In this document: in pieces, positions 1 through 10,628 of the stretch
How the letters are laid out: each line of letters starts with the position of its first letter
Numbering within the stretch: the stretch's first letter is position 1
Assembly (NCBI GenBank): GCA_003223995.1
Contig: QHYA01000061.1
Coordinates: 2,259-66,258, forward strand
From: Acidobacteriota bacterium
Lineage (GTDB): Bacteria; Acidobacteriota; Polarisedimenticolia; QHYA01
Direction of reading: 5' to 3'
Length of the DNA: 64,000 nucleotides
Position numbers and translations under genes: made by a program
The notes under the pieces: model-generated
Seen by the model: the letters and a program-made list of their open reading frames with translations, nothing else
The model's database searches: none
Told to the model about the DNA's origin: nothing

Positions 1-372
1 GCCGTAGGCCTCCGCCGCTCGCTTCACGTTCCGCTCGATCAGATTGTCTCCGAGCACGACGCAGATCTTCCCACCGTCGGCGAAGTATTCCGCGAGTGAA
101 AGGGCCGCCGCGATGCCCCCTTCCCCTTCCTGATACGTGTAGTTGATGTGCTCGAGCCCGAACTCCTTTCCGTTCCCGAGCAGTCGCAGGAAGTCCCCCG
201 CGCTGGTCCCTCCGGTGACGATGAGAATGTCGCGGATGCCGACGTTGATCAGCGTCTGGATCGGATAGTAGATCATCGGCCTGTCATAGACAGGCAGAAG
301 GTGCTTGTTGGTGATCTTCGTCAGCGGATGGAGACGGGTCCCCAGCCCGCCTGCCAGAACGACCCCTTTCAT
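1..372 (-). CDS. Sugar-phosphate nucleotidyltransferase (RmlA/SpsI-like glucose-1-phosphate thymidylyltransferase), runs off window start
   Basis: Hand translation from ATG at 372: MKGVVLAGGLGTRLHPLTKITNKHLLPVYDRPMIYYP...VVLGDN; GxGTRL and KxLLP motifs. Absent from the ORF track because it is truncated. Confidence 0.9.
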   Translation of the reverse strand, partial: MKGVVLAGGLGTRLHPLTKITNKHLLPVYDRPMIYYPIQTLINVGIRDILIVTGGTSAGDFLRLLGNGKEFGLEHINYTYQEGEGGIAAALSLAEYFADGGKICVVLGDNLIERNVKRAAEAYG

Positions 373-381
373 GGAAAGAGG

Positions 382-410
382 ATTATTCGGGGGGGAACGA
401 ACTGTGTCAA
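382..410 (-). promoter_or_regulatory. sigma70-type promoter for the nucleotidyltransferase gene
   Basis: Minus strand TTGACA-17 nt-AATAAT ending 9 nt before the ATG. Confidence 0.6.
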
Positions 411-440
411 GATTGCCGCATTCTTGCGGGAGGCGCGCGG

Positions 441-1523
<1,083 letters not shown>

Positions 1524-1554
1524 GACGGAAGGCCTCGAGCTTGCCTCGGTGCTA

Positions 1555-2235
1555 TCAGCGCCTCACCGCGAGCGTGATGCGGCTGGTCTGGGGGAACTCC
1601 TTTCTCGGATCGTCCACGATCAGGAACGACAAGTTGCTCATTCCAACCCCCCACCGGAAGTGGCCCGCCAGGGCAGGGAAGATCCCGCCGCGGGGCGAAG
1701 AGCTGTCCTGATAGAGGAGGGAAGGAGAATGGCCCGGCGCGGCGATCTTCACCGCGCCCCCTTCTCCGTAAACGAAGTACGAGCCATCCGGCGCCCAGCA
1801 AGGTCCTGACAGCCGGTACACCCGATCCACCTTTTTCCTGCCGGCGCCATTGGCATCTTCGAGCTCGATGGTCGTCCAGTCGACCCCATCTTCCCCCGCC
1901 GAGGGGGTGACGACCAGCCTCCAGCTCCCTTCGGGGGAACCCAGCGCGCAGACCTGTTTCTTCGCGGCTTCCTCGGGGCTCGCGGCAGCGATGTCCTGTC
2001 CGGCGATGCGCAGTTCGTAGGGCGGCAGGACAGGAGCGGCTGGGGCGGAGGCGGCAGGAGACGGGGAGCCAGCGGCCGGGGCGGGCGCAGCGGGAGCCGT
2101 GGAGGTTGTGCCTGGTGAAGCGATCAGCGGCGCAACCACCAGGAAGGCAGCTGCCACAGCGAGGGGAACGATCCGGTTGATGCCGCGGCGTTCGATTCTC
2201 ATCATTCTCTTTCTCCTCTTTCTCCCGAGTTTCAC
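1555..2235 (-). CDS. Hypothetical secreted protein (signal peptide, Ala/Pro linker, WAPDG beta-propeller-like motif)
   Basis: Hydrophobic N-terminal stretch; GTGA overlap with the selA stop; true start may be slightly downstream. Confidence 0.6.
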   Translation of the reverse strand: MKLGRKRRKRMMRIERRGINRIVPLAVAAAFLVVAPLIASPGTTSTAPAAPAPAAGSPSPAASAPAAPVLPPYELRIAGQDIAAASPEEAAKKQVCALGSPEGSWRLVVTPSAGEDGVDWTTIELEDANGAGRKKVDRVYRLSGPCWAPDGSYFVYGEGGAVKIAAPGHSPSLLYQDSSSPRGGIFPALAGHFRWGVGMSNLSFLIVDDPRKEFPQTSRITLAVRR

Positions 2236-3662
2236 TCGTATTGGTTGCCAGGCTCCCGGGCGGCCAGCGATCGGAGTGCGGCGATCAGTCCATTTTGCTG
2301 CTCCGGCAGCACGGTGCGCGGATCGATCAGCAGCCTCCCCTCGTGCAAGCGCCCCACGACGGGCGGCTCCCCGCTCCGCAATCTCTCATCCAGCTCTGCG
2401 GCGCTGAGGGTCTGCGACGACACCGACAGCAACCGCGTGGGGATCTCCGTCAAGGGCGCTGACCCCCCTCCCGTCAATGACGCCCCATCGACCACCTCGA
2501 TGCGCAGCAAACTCCCCGCCTCCTTCCGCACGCTGCGGGCAATGCGGAGCGCCCGTCGCCCCACCGATTCGGCAGGTTCGAAGAGCATCCGCAGCAGGGG
2601 GATTTCCTGAACGGCCCTTCCCGAGGCGTAACTCTGCAGGACCCACTCCAGCGCCGCGATCGCCATCTTGTCGAGCCGGAGCGCCCGAGACAGAGGGTTC
2701 TGGGCGCACTGCTTGACCATCTCCGGAGCACCGACGATCAGGCCGGCTTGCGGCCCTCCGAGCATCTTGTCTCCGCTGAAGAGAACGAGGTCGGCTCCGG
2801 CGGCAAGCAAAGCGCCGGCGGGAGGTTCCTCCGGCATGCCGAGCGCAGCGACATCCACCAGGCTGCCGCTTCCCTGGTCCACGACGACCGGAACTCCCTT
2901 TTGCCGGCCCAGACCGACGAGGTCCTCCAGAGCCGCGGAGGCGGTGAACCCCACGATGCGGTAGTTGCTCGTGTGAACCTTGAGGATCATTGCGGTCGAG
3001 GGGCCAAGCGCCTTCTCGTAGTCGGCCAGGCGGGTGCGGTTGGTCGTTCCCACCTCTCGGAGGATCGCACCACTGCGGGCCAGGATGTCGGGGATCCTGA
3101 ACGAGCCGCCGATCTCGATCAGCTCTCCTCGCGAGATCAGGACCTCTCGTCCCTGGGCGAAAGTGTTCAGTACCAGAAGCAGCGCCGCCGCATTGTTGTT
3201 GACGGCGTGCAGGAGGCATCCCGGAAACAGCCGCGCGGCGCTGTGCGCAAGGTGGTCCCCGCGGGAGCCGCGCCGGCCCGCCGCAATGTCGTACTCCAGA
3301 CTCGCGTACTGGCCGCTTGCGGCCACGACCCGCTCCAGGGCGCCGCGCGCCAGGGGCGCGCGGCCGAGATTGGTGTGGATCAGGATCCCCGTCCCGTTGA
3401 TCACCGGGCGGAGGCTGGAGCGCGACAGAGTGGCGATCCGCGCCCGCAGCTCGTCCGGCAATCGCGCGATCCGCTCCCGCAATTGCCCCATGGACAGCAT
3501 CCCGGACAGAACGCCTCGCCTGAGATCGGACACCGCCTCGCGAACGGCTACCGCGAGGGCTTCACCGGGAAGACCGCCCCCAGCCTTCCGGACCTCTTCT
3601 CGGCGCAACAACTCGTCGATCTGGGGAAGCTCCCGCAGGACCTGCTTGGTGAACTCCGCCAT
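2232..3662 (-). CDS. selA: L-seryl-tRNA(Sec) selenium transferase
   Basis: VINGTGILIHTNLGRAPL, SRGELIEIGGSFRIPD, EVGTTNRT and FSGDKMLGGPQAG (PLP lysine). Confidence 0.96.
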   Translation of the reverse strand: MAEFTKQVLRELPQIDELLRREEVRKAGGGLPGEALAVAVREAVSDLRRGVLSGMLSMGQLRERIARLPDELRARIATLSRSSLRPVINGTGILIHTNLGRAPLARGALERVVAASGQYASLEYDIAAGRRGSRGDHLAHSAARLFPGCLLHAVNNNAAALLLVLNTFAQGREVLISRGELIEIGGSFRIPDILARSGAILREVGTTNRTRLADYEKALGPSTAMILKVHTSNYRIVGFTASAALEDLVGLGRQKGVPVVVDQGSGSLVDVAALGMPEEPPAGALLAAGADLVLFSGDKMLGGPQAGLIVGAPEMVKQCAQNPLSRALRLDKMAIAALEWVLQSYASGRAVQEIPLLRMLFEPAESVGRRALRIARSVRKEAGSLLRIEVVDGASLTGGGSAPLTEIPTRLLSVSSQTLSAAELDERLRSGEPPVVGRLHEGRLLIDPRTVLPEQQNGLIAALRSLAAREPGNQYE

Positions 3663-3884
3663 CTCGCTGCTCCTGATGACCGAGCGCTCCCCCCACGCCC
3701 CGCCAGCCCTGCCGATGTGCGGTTATTCAACCACGCGGCCTCGCGGCCGTCAAATCACCCTCAATTCGACCGAGCGTTGCCGGGCCCGTCCAATGGTTCT
3801 ATATTTACGCTTCAATCCGTACTGGTGGGGGGAACCCGGGCAGGCAGGCGAGACGCCCGGCGCTGCCGCGGCCATGGGGAGCAG

Positions 3885-4565
3885 ATGGAGATCGAAGAGG
3901 CCATTGCCCAACTGAACCAGGGGATCAGGCGCCTGAAGGTGCAGTACGACACCTTTTTCGCCGGCGGGCGCCCCCGTCCTCCTGTGGAGCTAAGGGCGGA
4001 GCTGGAAAGGCTGATCAGGCGGTTCGCCAACAGTCCGATCCGCCGCTACTCCGATCGATTTCACTTCAACTCGCTCGTCGGCCGCTACAACTCCTTCGTC
4101 GAGTTATGGAACAAGCAGACCCGCGCAATTGAGGAAGGGCGAGACCCCTCTACGCATCGACCCATCCCCTCGACGGCGCCGAAGCCGGCCGTGCCCGCCG
4201 ATGTGCCGGCGGAGCGGGTCCTCTGCTCCCTGCGGATCTCGAATCCTGTGACGGAGACCGACGGCCTGCGAGTCCTCTTCGAGCAGTACCTCACCGCTCG
4301 GCAGCAGCGGGACGGGGTTGCCCCGAAACTGTCGATCGAATCCTTCGTCCGGCAGATCTCCCGTCAGGTGGAATCCCTCAAAGCCTCGACGGGCTGCAGC
4401 ACGGTCGAGTTCCGACTTACAAATCTGGAATCTCAGGTAACTATCAAGGCCCGTCCCGCCGCTGGCAGCGGCCCGTCCTCTCGTCCCGGAGAGCCCGACG
4501 AAGAGACCCAGAGCAGGCAGGACGAAGACACCCAGAGCACTCAGATGGAAGGAGCCGTCTCATGA
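3885..4565 (+). CDS. MXAN_5187 C-terminal-domain-like protein
   Basis: C-terminal part of ORF 2748..4565 from ATG 3885 (GGAG upstream): LKVQYDTFFAGGRPRPP...RFHFNSLVGRYNSFVELWNKQTRAIEEGR, ending VEFRL...VTIKARP. Confidence 0.75.
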   Translation: MEIEEAIAQLNQGIRRLKVQYDTFFAGGRPRPPVELRAELERLIRRFANSPIRRYSDRFHFNSLVGRYNSFVELWNKQTRAIEEGRDPSTHRPIPSTAPKPAVPADVPAERVLCSLRISNPVTETDGLRVLFEQYLTARQQRDGVAPKLSIESFVRQISRQVESLKASTGCSTVEFRLTNLESQVTIKARPAAGSGPSSRPGEPDEETQSRQDEDTQSTQMEGAVS

Positions 4566-5212
4566 AGGTCCCGTTCCACATCGCGCTCGCCGGCATCACG
4601 CTTTTCGCAGCGTCCACATCGGCCTGGTCGCGAGGATCGTCGGAGTCGAAACGGCTTTCATCGATGCTGAGCCGCGACCCCGTGATCTCCTCCCTCAACC
4701 AGCAGATCGCCGCGGATCCGAATAACGCGTGCCTGAGCAACGAGCTGGGCCTGGCCCTCTCGCGGCGCGCCTACTTCAGGGAAGCCGAGCAGGCGTTCCA
4801 GGCCTCGCTGAAGCTCGCCGAGGATCCGGTCGTTTACAACAACCTCGGGAGCCTGTACCTCACGACGGGGCGGCTATCGGCCGCGGCGGCGAGCTTCAAT
4901 CACGCGATCCGGCTCGATCCGAACTTCGCCCTTGCCTACTACAACCTGGGAGCCGCGAACGACGCCGAGAACAACTATGAAGGCGCCGTGAGAAACTACA
5001 AGCGGGCACTCGAGTTGGATTCCACGCTGGCCGATCCGAACGTCAACCCGCAGGTGATCAACAACAGGTACATGGCGGCGGTCAGAACGGAGCGTTATCT
5101 GGAGACCATCGGGGCGCTTGGGCTTCCTCTGCGCTCCACGTGTCCGGCGGCCGAAACAAAGGTCGCTTCGGGCTCCGGACCCGTCGCGCCCACCGAGCTG
5201 TCCAAGAAGTAG
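4562..5212 (+). CDS. Secreted tetratricopeptide repeat protein
   Basis: Signal peptide; TPR motifs (VYNNLGSLY, AIRLDPNFALAYYNLG, YKRALELD); ATGA overlap with the upstream gene. Confidence 0.85.
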   Translation: MKVPFHIALAGITLFAASTSAWSRGSSESKRLSSMLSRDPVISSLNQQIAADPNNACLSNELGLALSRRAYFREAEQAFQASLKLAEDPVVYNNLGSLYLTTGRLSAAAASFNHAIRLDPNFALAYYNLGAANDAENNYEGAVRNYKRALELDSTLADPNVNPQVINNRYMAAVRTERYLETIGALGLPLRSTCPAAETKVASGSGPVAPTELSKK

Positions 5213-5288
5213 GACGTTGAGGTAGCTCGTTCGTCCACCTTCCAACTCCTCCTCCGCCGGGGCGGCCGGAAACGCTCCATCTGCTCGA

Positions 5289-5318
5289 TTGACAAGCCTC
5301 GGACGGCCCACCTAAGAT
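5289..5318 (+). promoter_or_regulatory. sigma70-type promoter, probably leaderless transcript
   Basis: TTGACA-18 nt-TAAGAT, 6 nt before ATG 5325, with no SD sequence. Confidence 0.65.
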
Positions 5319-5324
5319 CCCGCG

Positions 5325-6119
5325 ATGAGGCTGTTTGGCTGCGGGCTCGTAGCCTTGGCTCTTGCTGTGGGGCTGCCGCCGGGACGAATATTCGCCTGGA
5401 CGACACCAACGCGGATCCGGATGGCCGATGACGCGGTGAGGATTTCCTCACCCGCTTTTGCGCGGCTCCTCTACAGGCATCTCGACGAATACCACAGAGG
5501 CGTCGCTGAAGAAGCGGACAGCCAGATCGAGGCCGGCCGTGATCTTTCCACGGGGCCGCACGGAAGAAGGCGGGAGGCGGCGGAACAATTGTCGAAGCTG
5601 GTCAGTCAGACGATCGAGGGCCTCTCGAATCACGAACCGATGCGTGAGATCTGCTACAGGGCAGGGCGGATCTGCCGCCTCGTCGCGGACCTGAACCATC
5701 CCATCCACACCGGCTCGACTCCGGGGGAAGCGGAGCTGCGCTCGGCGGTGTACTACGACGATTTCGCTCGGTACGCGGAAGGAGTCGCCGCTCGCGCGCC
5801 TCTGGTCTTTTATGGCTGGCGGGACGACCTGCGGACCGTGAAGGATGTCGCTCCCTTCGCGCTCGAGATCGCCTCGAGGTCCGAGCGCGATGCCGAGGGT
5901 CTCTACCGGGCTTACCATTCCCGCGGCGCGAAAGTCACATCGAGCGACTTCGACGACCGCTCCATCCCCTTCGCGGTCGCTTCCCTATCGTACTCGCGGA
6001 CGGTGAGCGACACCGCCAACCTCTGGCTCCTCGTCTGGAGCCGGGTCGGCGGCGACCTTCGCGGAACGCCCTATCTCGGCGGCGCTTCCTCCAGAAGGCC
6101 AGGCAGAGCGAGAGGCTAG
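5325..6119 (+). CDS. Secreted protein with degenerate phospholipase C/S1-P1 nuclease-like features
   Basis: Signal peptide ending IFA|W; LVADLNHPIH resembles the HxxxDxxxPLH motif; C-terminal TANLWLLVW. Confidence 0.55.
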   Translation: MRLFGCGLVALALAVGLPPGRIFAWTTPTRIRMADDAVRISSPAFARLLYRHLDEYHRGVAEEADSQIEAGRDLSTGPHGRRREAAEQLSKLVSQTIEGLSNHEPMREICYRAGRICRLVADLNHPIHTGSTPGEAELRSAVYYDDFARYAEGVAARAPLVFYGWRDDLRTVKDVAPFALEIASRSERDAEGLYRAYHSRGAKVTSSDFDDRSIPFAVASLSYSRTVSDTANLWLLVWSRVGGDLRGTPYLGGASSRRPGRARG

Positions 6120-6122
6120 CGG

Positions 6123-7676
6123 ATGGCCGCCGTTGTCCCCAGGAGCGTTGCGCGTTCGGCGGGCGCGCGGAGCGGTCGAAAGCGCACGGCCCGCGACCAG
6201 GTCCATCCGCCGCTGCAGGTCAACCGAGCCCTGCTGAGTGTCTACGACAAGGACGGCGCCGTCGAGCTGGCCCGCGGCCTCTCCGAGCTGGGCGTCGAAG
6301 TCCTCTCGACGGGCGGCACGGCGCGGCTCCTGATCGACAACGGAATCCCCGTGGTCCGAATCACGGATTACACGCAGTTCCCCGAGATGCTCGACGGGCG
6401 GGTGAAGACCCTTCACCCCAAGATCCATGCGGGCATCATGGCCGTCCGTGACAACCGCAAGCACATGGCGCAGGTGCGCCGCGCGGGCATCCCGCCGATC
6501 GACCTGGTCGTCGTGAACCTCTATCCCTTCGAGAAGACGACAGCGATGGAAGGAATCGGCTTTAATGAGATCGTCGAGATGATCGATATAGGCGGTCCCA
6601 CGCTCGTTCGGGCCGCTGCGAAGAACTTCCGCGACGTCGGTGTCGTCGTCGATCCGGCCGACTACAGCGAGATCCTCTCCATGCTGCGGCAGTACGGGCG
6701 GCTCACAGAAGAGCGCCGCTTCGAGCTGGCCAAGAAGGCCTTCCAGCACATCGCTTCCTACGACACCTCCATCTTCACGTATTTCTCTCTACTGAACCCC
6801 GACGGCAGCCTCAAGACCGCCACGCGTGAGTCGCCCTTCCCGACCCGCCTCTCGCTCGATTTCTTCAAGGATCTATCGTTCAACAATCTCCTCGACCTCG
6901 ACGCGGCGTTCCGCATCGCCTGCGAGTTCGACAGGCCTGCCTGCGCCGCCGTGAAGCACACGAACCCTTGCGGGGTCGGATTGGGCCGCACGGCGTCGGA
7001 GGCGTTCCTGCGCGCCCGCGAGGCCGATCCCGTCTCCCTCTACGGCGGCATTACGGGGTTCAACGTCGAAGTGGATCTCGCATGCGCCCAGGCGATGAGG
7101 GAGGTCTTCCTCGAGGGGATCATCGCTCCCGACTACTCCGCGGCGGCCCTGGAGCTGCTACGGACGCGGAAGAACTTGAGGTTGCTGCGGACAGGCTCGG
7201 TCCGGAAAGACGCTCCGGGTGGAAACGACCTGAGACGCGTCGAGGGCGGGCTGCTGGTGCAGGAGTGGGACAGCCAGGATATCGACCCGCATCGGGGGAA
7301 GGTCGTGACCCGCCGCCTCCCCACACCTCCCGAGATGGAAGCTCTCCGGGTCGCCTGGAACGTCGTCCGGCACGTGCGGTCGAATGCGATCGTATACGCG
7401 AACGCCGACAGAACCCTCGGCATTGGGGCGGGCCAGATGAGCCGTGTCGATTCCGTTCGGTTCGGCGCCCTGAAAGCGACCGGCCCGCTCGAGGGAGCAG
7501 TGCTCGCCTCCGACGCTTTCCTCCCTTTCAGGGATTCCGTGGACATCGCCGCGGAGGCCGGAGTGGGCGCCATCGTGCAGCCGGGAGGGTCGATCCGTGA
7601 TCCTGAGGTCATCGCCGCCGCGGATGAGCATGGCATGGCGATGGTCTTCACCGGCTTGCGGCACTTCAAGCACTGA
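6123..7676 (+). CDS. purH: Bifunctional AICAR transformylase/IMP cyclohydrolase, with an apparent in-frame internal deletion near 6869
   Basis: RALLSVYDK, STGGT, GRVKTLHPKIH, IDIGGPT, KHTNPCG, GAGQMSRVDS, QPGGSIRD, RHFKH; the RYGENPHQ segment is missing. Confidence 0.95.
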   Translation: MAAVVPRSVARSAGARSGRKRTARDQVHPPLQVNRALLSVYDKDGAVELARGLSELGVEVLSTGGTARLLIDNGIPVVRITDYTQFPEMLDGRVKTLHPKIHAGIMAVRDNRKHMAQVRRAGIPPIDLVVVNLYPFEKTTAMEGIGFNEIVEMIDIGGPTLVRAAAKNFRDVGVVVDPADYSEILSMLRQYGRLTEERRFELAKKAFQHIASYDTSIFTYFSLLNPDGSLKTATRESPFPTRLSLDFFKDLSFNNLLDLDAAFRIACEFDRPACAAVKHTNPCGVGLGRTASEAFLRAREADPVSLYGGITGFNVEVDLACAQAMREVFLEGIIAPDYSAAALELLRTRKNLRLLRTGSVRKDAPGGNDLRRVEGGLLVQEWDSQDIDPHRGKVVTRRLPTPPEMEALRVAWNVVRHVRSNAIVYANADRTLGIGAGQMSRVDSVRFGALKATGPLEGAVLASDAFLPFRDSVDIAAEAGVGAIVQPGGSIRDPEVIAAADEHGMAMVFTGLRHFKH

Positions 7677-7777
7677 ATCTCGCCGCTCACGCCGCCGGCC
7701 ATGTTGCAAGATGGGGCTCCCCCTCCGGCCGAGCAGCCCGCTCAGGCGCCGAGGAGGGGCGGCTGCAGGCCCGCTCC

Positions 7778-8392
7778 TCACCAGGTGACCGGACGCCTAG
7801 GAGCCACTTCTCCGGCTTCGAGCTGGTTGTCCCCGAACCCCCCGATGCCGTGCGGTCCAATCACCGCCACCACGCCGGAGGAAGCATACTCGGGAACCCT
7901 GAAGCTGAACTGCGTAAGGCTGCAGCCCGCGAGCACGGCGGTCTGGCCACCTTCGAAGACAGGTCTGATCCGGTCACAATCATTGCTGAACCCCACACCA
8001 CGAACGGTGACGACGTCTCCCTCGCGCGCGCCGCGAGGGGCTGCGCTGAAGATCTCGGGCCGGGCATTGCGGTCGTAGACCTGGTAGTAGTAACGCCCGT
8101 GGTCGCGCAGGGCGCCCCGGTCCGTGAACTCCGACACTTCCGTATCGAGCGACAGGTATCTTACGGAGCGACTCTTCCCAAAGCTTCGCGACTCGGCTCG
8201 GACGATGATGAAGGGGGGCGTGCCCCCCGCCCACCGCAGCGCCACGTCGCCGGATTGCTCATCCGCATGCACGAGTAGGCCATGGATCGCGGGGGGATGA
8301 GAGGCCGGATTCTCCTTGGCCGCGTCGGGGGCCGTCAACCCTGCCACAGCAATGGCAGCCCCGATCGCCGATGCGCTGGCCTTGCCAATCAT
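7778..8392 (-). CDS. Hypothetical secreted protein with FN3-like and IPT/TIG-like beta-sandwich segments
   Basis: Signal-like N-terminus from ATG 8392; ...EFTD...YYYQV then PRGAREGDVVTVRGVGF...FRVPEYASSGVVAV (IPT-like). Confidence 0.6.
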   Translation of the reverse strand: MIGKASASAIGAAIAVAGLTAPDAAKENPASHPPAIHGLLVHADEQSGDVALRWAGGTPPFIIVRAESRSFGKSRSVRYLSLDTEVSEFTDRGALRDHGRYYYQVYDRNARPEIFSAAPRGAREGDVVTVRGVGFSNDCDRIRPVFEGGQTAVLAGCSLTQFSFRVPEYASSGVVAVIGPHGIGGFGDNQLEAGEVAPRRPVTW

Positions 8393-8519
8393 GCTCTCGC
8401 TGCCGGGATCAGGATCAAGCCGTTCGCCTCCCCTCCCCATTGGCGGGTGGCTTCCTCACGTAGCGCCGTGGCTCTGCTTCTCCGCTGCCGCGAAGACAGG
8501 CGAATGGGGTGGGTGCCGA

Positions 8520-10538
8520 TCAGCGGGCGTCGATTGTCCGGGGAACGAGGGAGTTGGCGAAGTGAATGTAGGCGGCGTCCTTCTGGCGATCGGCGTAGGA
8601 TTCCGCCATCTTCTTCGCGTCGGCCGCTCTGGCGTCGCCGGGGCTGATATCGAGAACTTCCCGGAAGTCGTTGATCGCGGCGCGCGTGTCGCTCGCCTGG
8701 AGCGCATCCACGCCCATGTTGTACCAGGCGTTTCGCTTGTAGCGCTCGACCTCCCCCTTCTGGAGGCTTTCGGGCAGGCGGTACAGAATGCGCAGTGTAT
8801 CTTCGTACCGCTTGTCCTGGAACGCCCGGGTCGCCTCGTCCATCTCCTTGCGCAAGCGCTGCTCCTTGTCCAGCCGCTCGACAGTCTGATGGAGGAGATC
8901 GCGGGCTTCGGCGTTGTTCGGGTCCGCCGCGACGGCCGCCCGCAGATCCTCCGCCGCCTCAGCGGTCCGGCCCGATTGGAAGGCCTTGCGGCCTTCTCGC
9001 ACCAGCTCTCCGGGGCTCAGCTCCTGGAGGGAGGCCCTCTTGGCGGCAGCGGAAGCGGCAGCCGCCTGCTGGCCAGGAGAGGACCCGGGATCGGGCTTCC
9101 GGGTATGGAGCCGCTGAGGCCGGCCGGGCATGGTCCCTGGTGAACGCTGCGGGGCGACAGAGGGGTTGGAGACCTTCCAGTAGGCGAAACCAGCCGCCGC
9201 CAGGGATGTGAGAACGAGAAAGCTGATGAGAAACACAAGGCGGCTCAGGGAAATTTTTTGATGACCGAAACGCTGGGTCACCGACCTGGAGTGGAGGGGG
9301 TTGGTGACGGCAGTGGTCTTTCCCCTCTCCAGTCCGATGGGACGCAAGCTCTCGTGCGGTTCCTGCCCTCCCTCTTGCCGTTCCCCGCTCGCCCTTGTGG
9401 CGAGAAGAGGCGGGCTGTCAGCCCCGCTCATTGTTGCGAGGTCCGAGCCCGCCTCCGCCCGTTGGCGGTCTCTCGTCGCGCGCTCGAGCAGCTCCTGAGC
9501 CTCCCTGTGGTCCGGGCGAAGGGCGAGCACCCGCCGGAGGAACTCCTCCGCCTCCTCCGGCTTCTCACGGTCCAGGCAGTGGTGGACCTGATCCATCAGG
9601 TCCTCGATCTCCATGGCCTGCCGCTCGACCTCCCCGCGCGCCCTTTCTAAGAGCTGCGAAGCTTCATCGCTGTCCGGGTCGAGCGCCAGGGCGCGCGATA
9701 CGGTGCCGACGGCGCTGTCGAGCTTTCCATCCGACAGATCTTTCCGGGCCGACTCCAGGAGCTCCTTGATCTCCTTCCGCGCAGGGACCGACGTTGCCTG
9801 CTCGCCTTCCGCGTGGAATTCGAAATCCTCTGGAATCGCATGATCCGAGGCTGCATGCGCAGGTCCGTCCGCGTCCGGGTCAGCATCGGTCCCAGGCGGG
9901 CCGCCGGGATGGCCGGCAGGCGTGGATGAGCTCGGCACTCCGGTTTCCGTCCCCCCCTTGCCGAAATCCATCGAGCTGAGGGACAGATCGAGATCCTCCT
10001 CGTTCTGCTGGAACTCGAAGAGCCCCCCCGAGACGGACTCTTCGGCGCGAGGCAGAGGCTGGAGGACGCTCGTGGGATCGTCATGCGGCTCTTCGCGATC
10101 CTCCAGGATGAATCCCAAGGATTCGTTCTGGGCATCCGGAGACACGACCGCTGCGGCGGGAGCCTGCTGGTCCTCGATCTGACTCAGCAGGTCCAGAGCC
10201 TCCCTGTTCCGATCATCCAGCGCGAGCACCTTGCGGCATGCGGCGCCGGCCTGCATGGTCATTCCCTTGTCCATCAATTGGCGCGATAGTGTGATCTGCT
10301 CGCGGATGAACTGGTCCGAGCCTGCCTTCGCGGTGCTGTCGGGGGAGCTCTGGTCCGCCGATGCAGACCCGGTCTTCGCGAGGATGGAAGCCTGGCGGTG
10401 GCCTTCGAGTGCTTCCGGATCGGATGGTGAAAGCTTGAGCGCCTCCTCCCAGAGACGCTTCGCCCCCGCGTAGTCTCCCCCCCCACAGAGCCTGGAGGCA
10501 CGCTCCTTGAGACGCTGGCATTCCTCTGTCAGTCCCAT
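8520..10538 (-). CDS. Large membrane-anchored TPR protein
   Basis: Several TPR-like repeats, acidic disordered linkers, one TM helix (LVFLISFLVLTSLAAAGFAYW), further TPRs after it; GGGAG RBS. Confidence 0.8.
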   Translation of the reverse strand: MGLTEECQRLKERASRLCGGGDYAGAKRLWEEALKLSPSDPEALEGHRQASILAKTGSASADQSSPDSTAKAGSDQFIREQITLSRQLMDKGMTMQAGAACRKVLALDDRNREALDLLSQIEDQQAPAAAVVSPDAQNESLGFILEDREEPHDDPTSVLQPLPRAEESVSGGLFEFQQNEEDLDLSLSSMDFGKGGTETGVPSSSTPAGHPGGPPGTDADPDADGPAHAASDHAIPEDFEFHAEGEQATSVPARKEIKELLESARKDLSDGKLDSAVGTVSRALALDPDSDEASQLLERARGEVERQAMEIEDLMDQVHHCLDREKPEEAEEFLRRVLALRPDHREAQELLERATRDRQRAEAGSDLATMSGADSPPLLATRASGERQEGGQEPHESLRPIGLERGKTTAVTNPLHSRSVTQRFGHQKISLSRLVFLISFLVLTSLAAAGFAYWKVSNPSVAPQRSPGTMPGRPQRLHTRKPDPGSSPGQQAAAASAAAKRASLQELSPGELVREGRKAFQSGRTAEAAEDLRAAVAADPNNAEARDLLHQTVERLDKEQRLRKEMDEATRAFQDKRYEDTLRILYRLPESLQKGEVERYKRNAWYNMGVDALQASDTRAAINDFREVLDISPGDARAADAKKMAESYADRQKDAAYIHFANSLVPRTIDAR

Positions 10539-10628
10539 TGCTCCCTCACGACTGCGCTGTGTTTCCGCCGCGGCGACCTATTACATGCTGACCCAATATA
10601 GTGTCCTTGCCCTCATCCGTCTCGCGGG

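Noticed and set aside
3663..3884. Possible tRNA-Sec (selC) next to selA
   Set aside because: No cloverleaf, TCA anticodon arm or T-loop motif seen on either strand.
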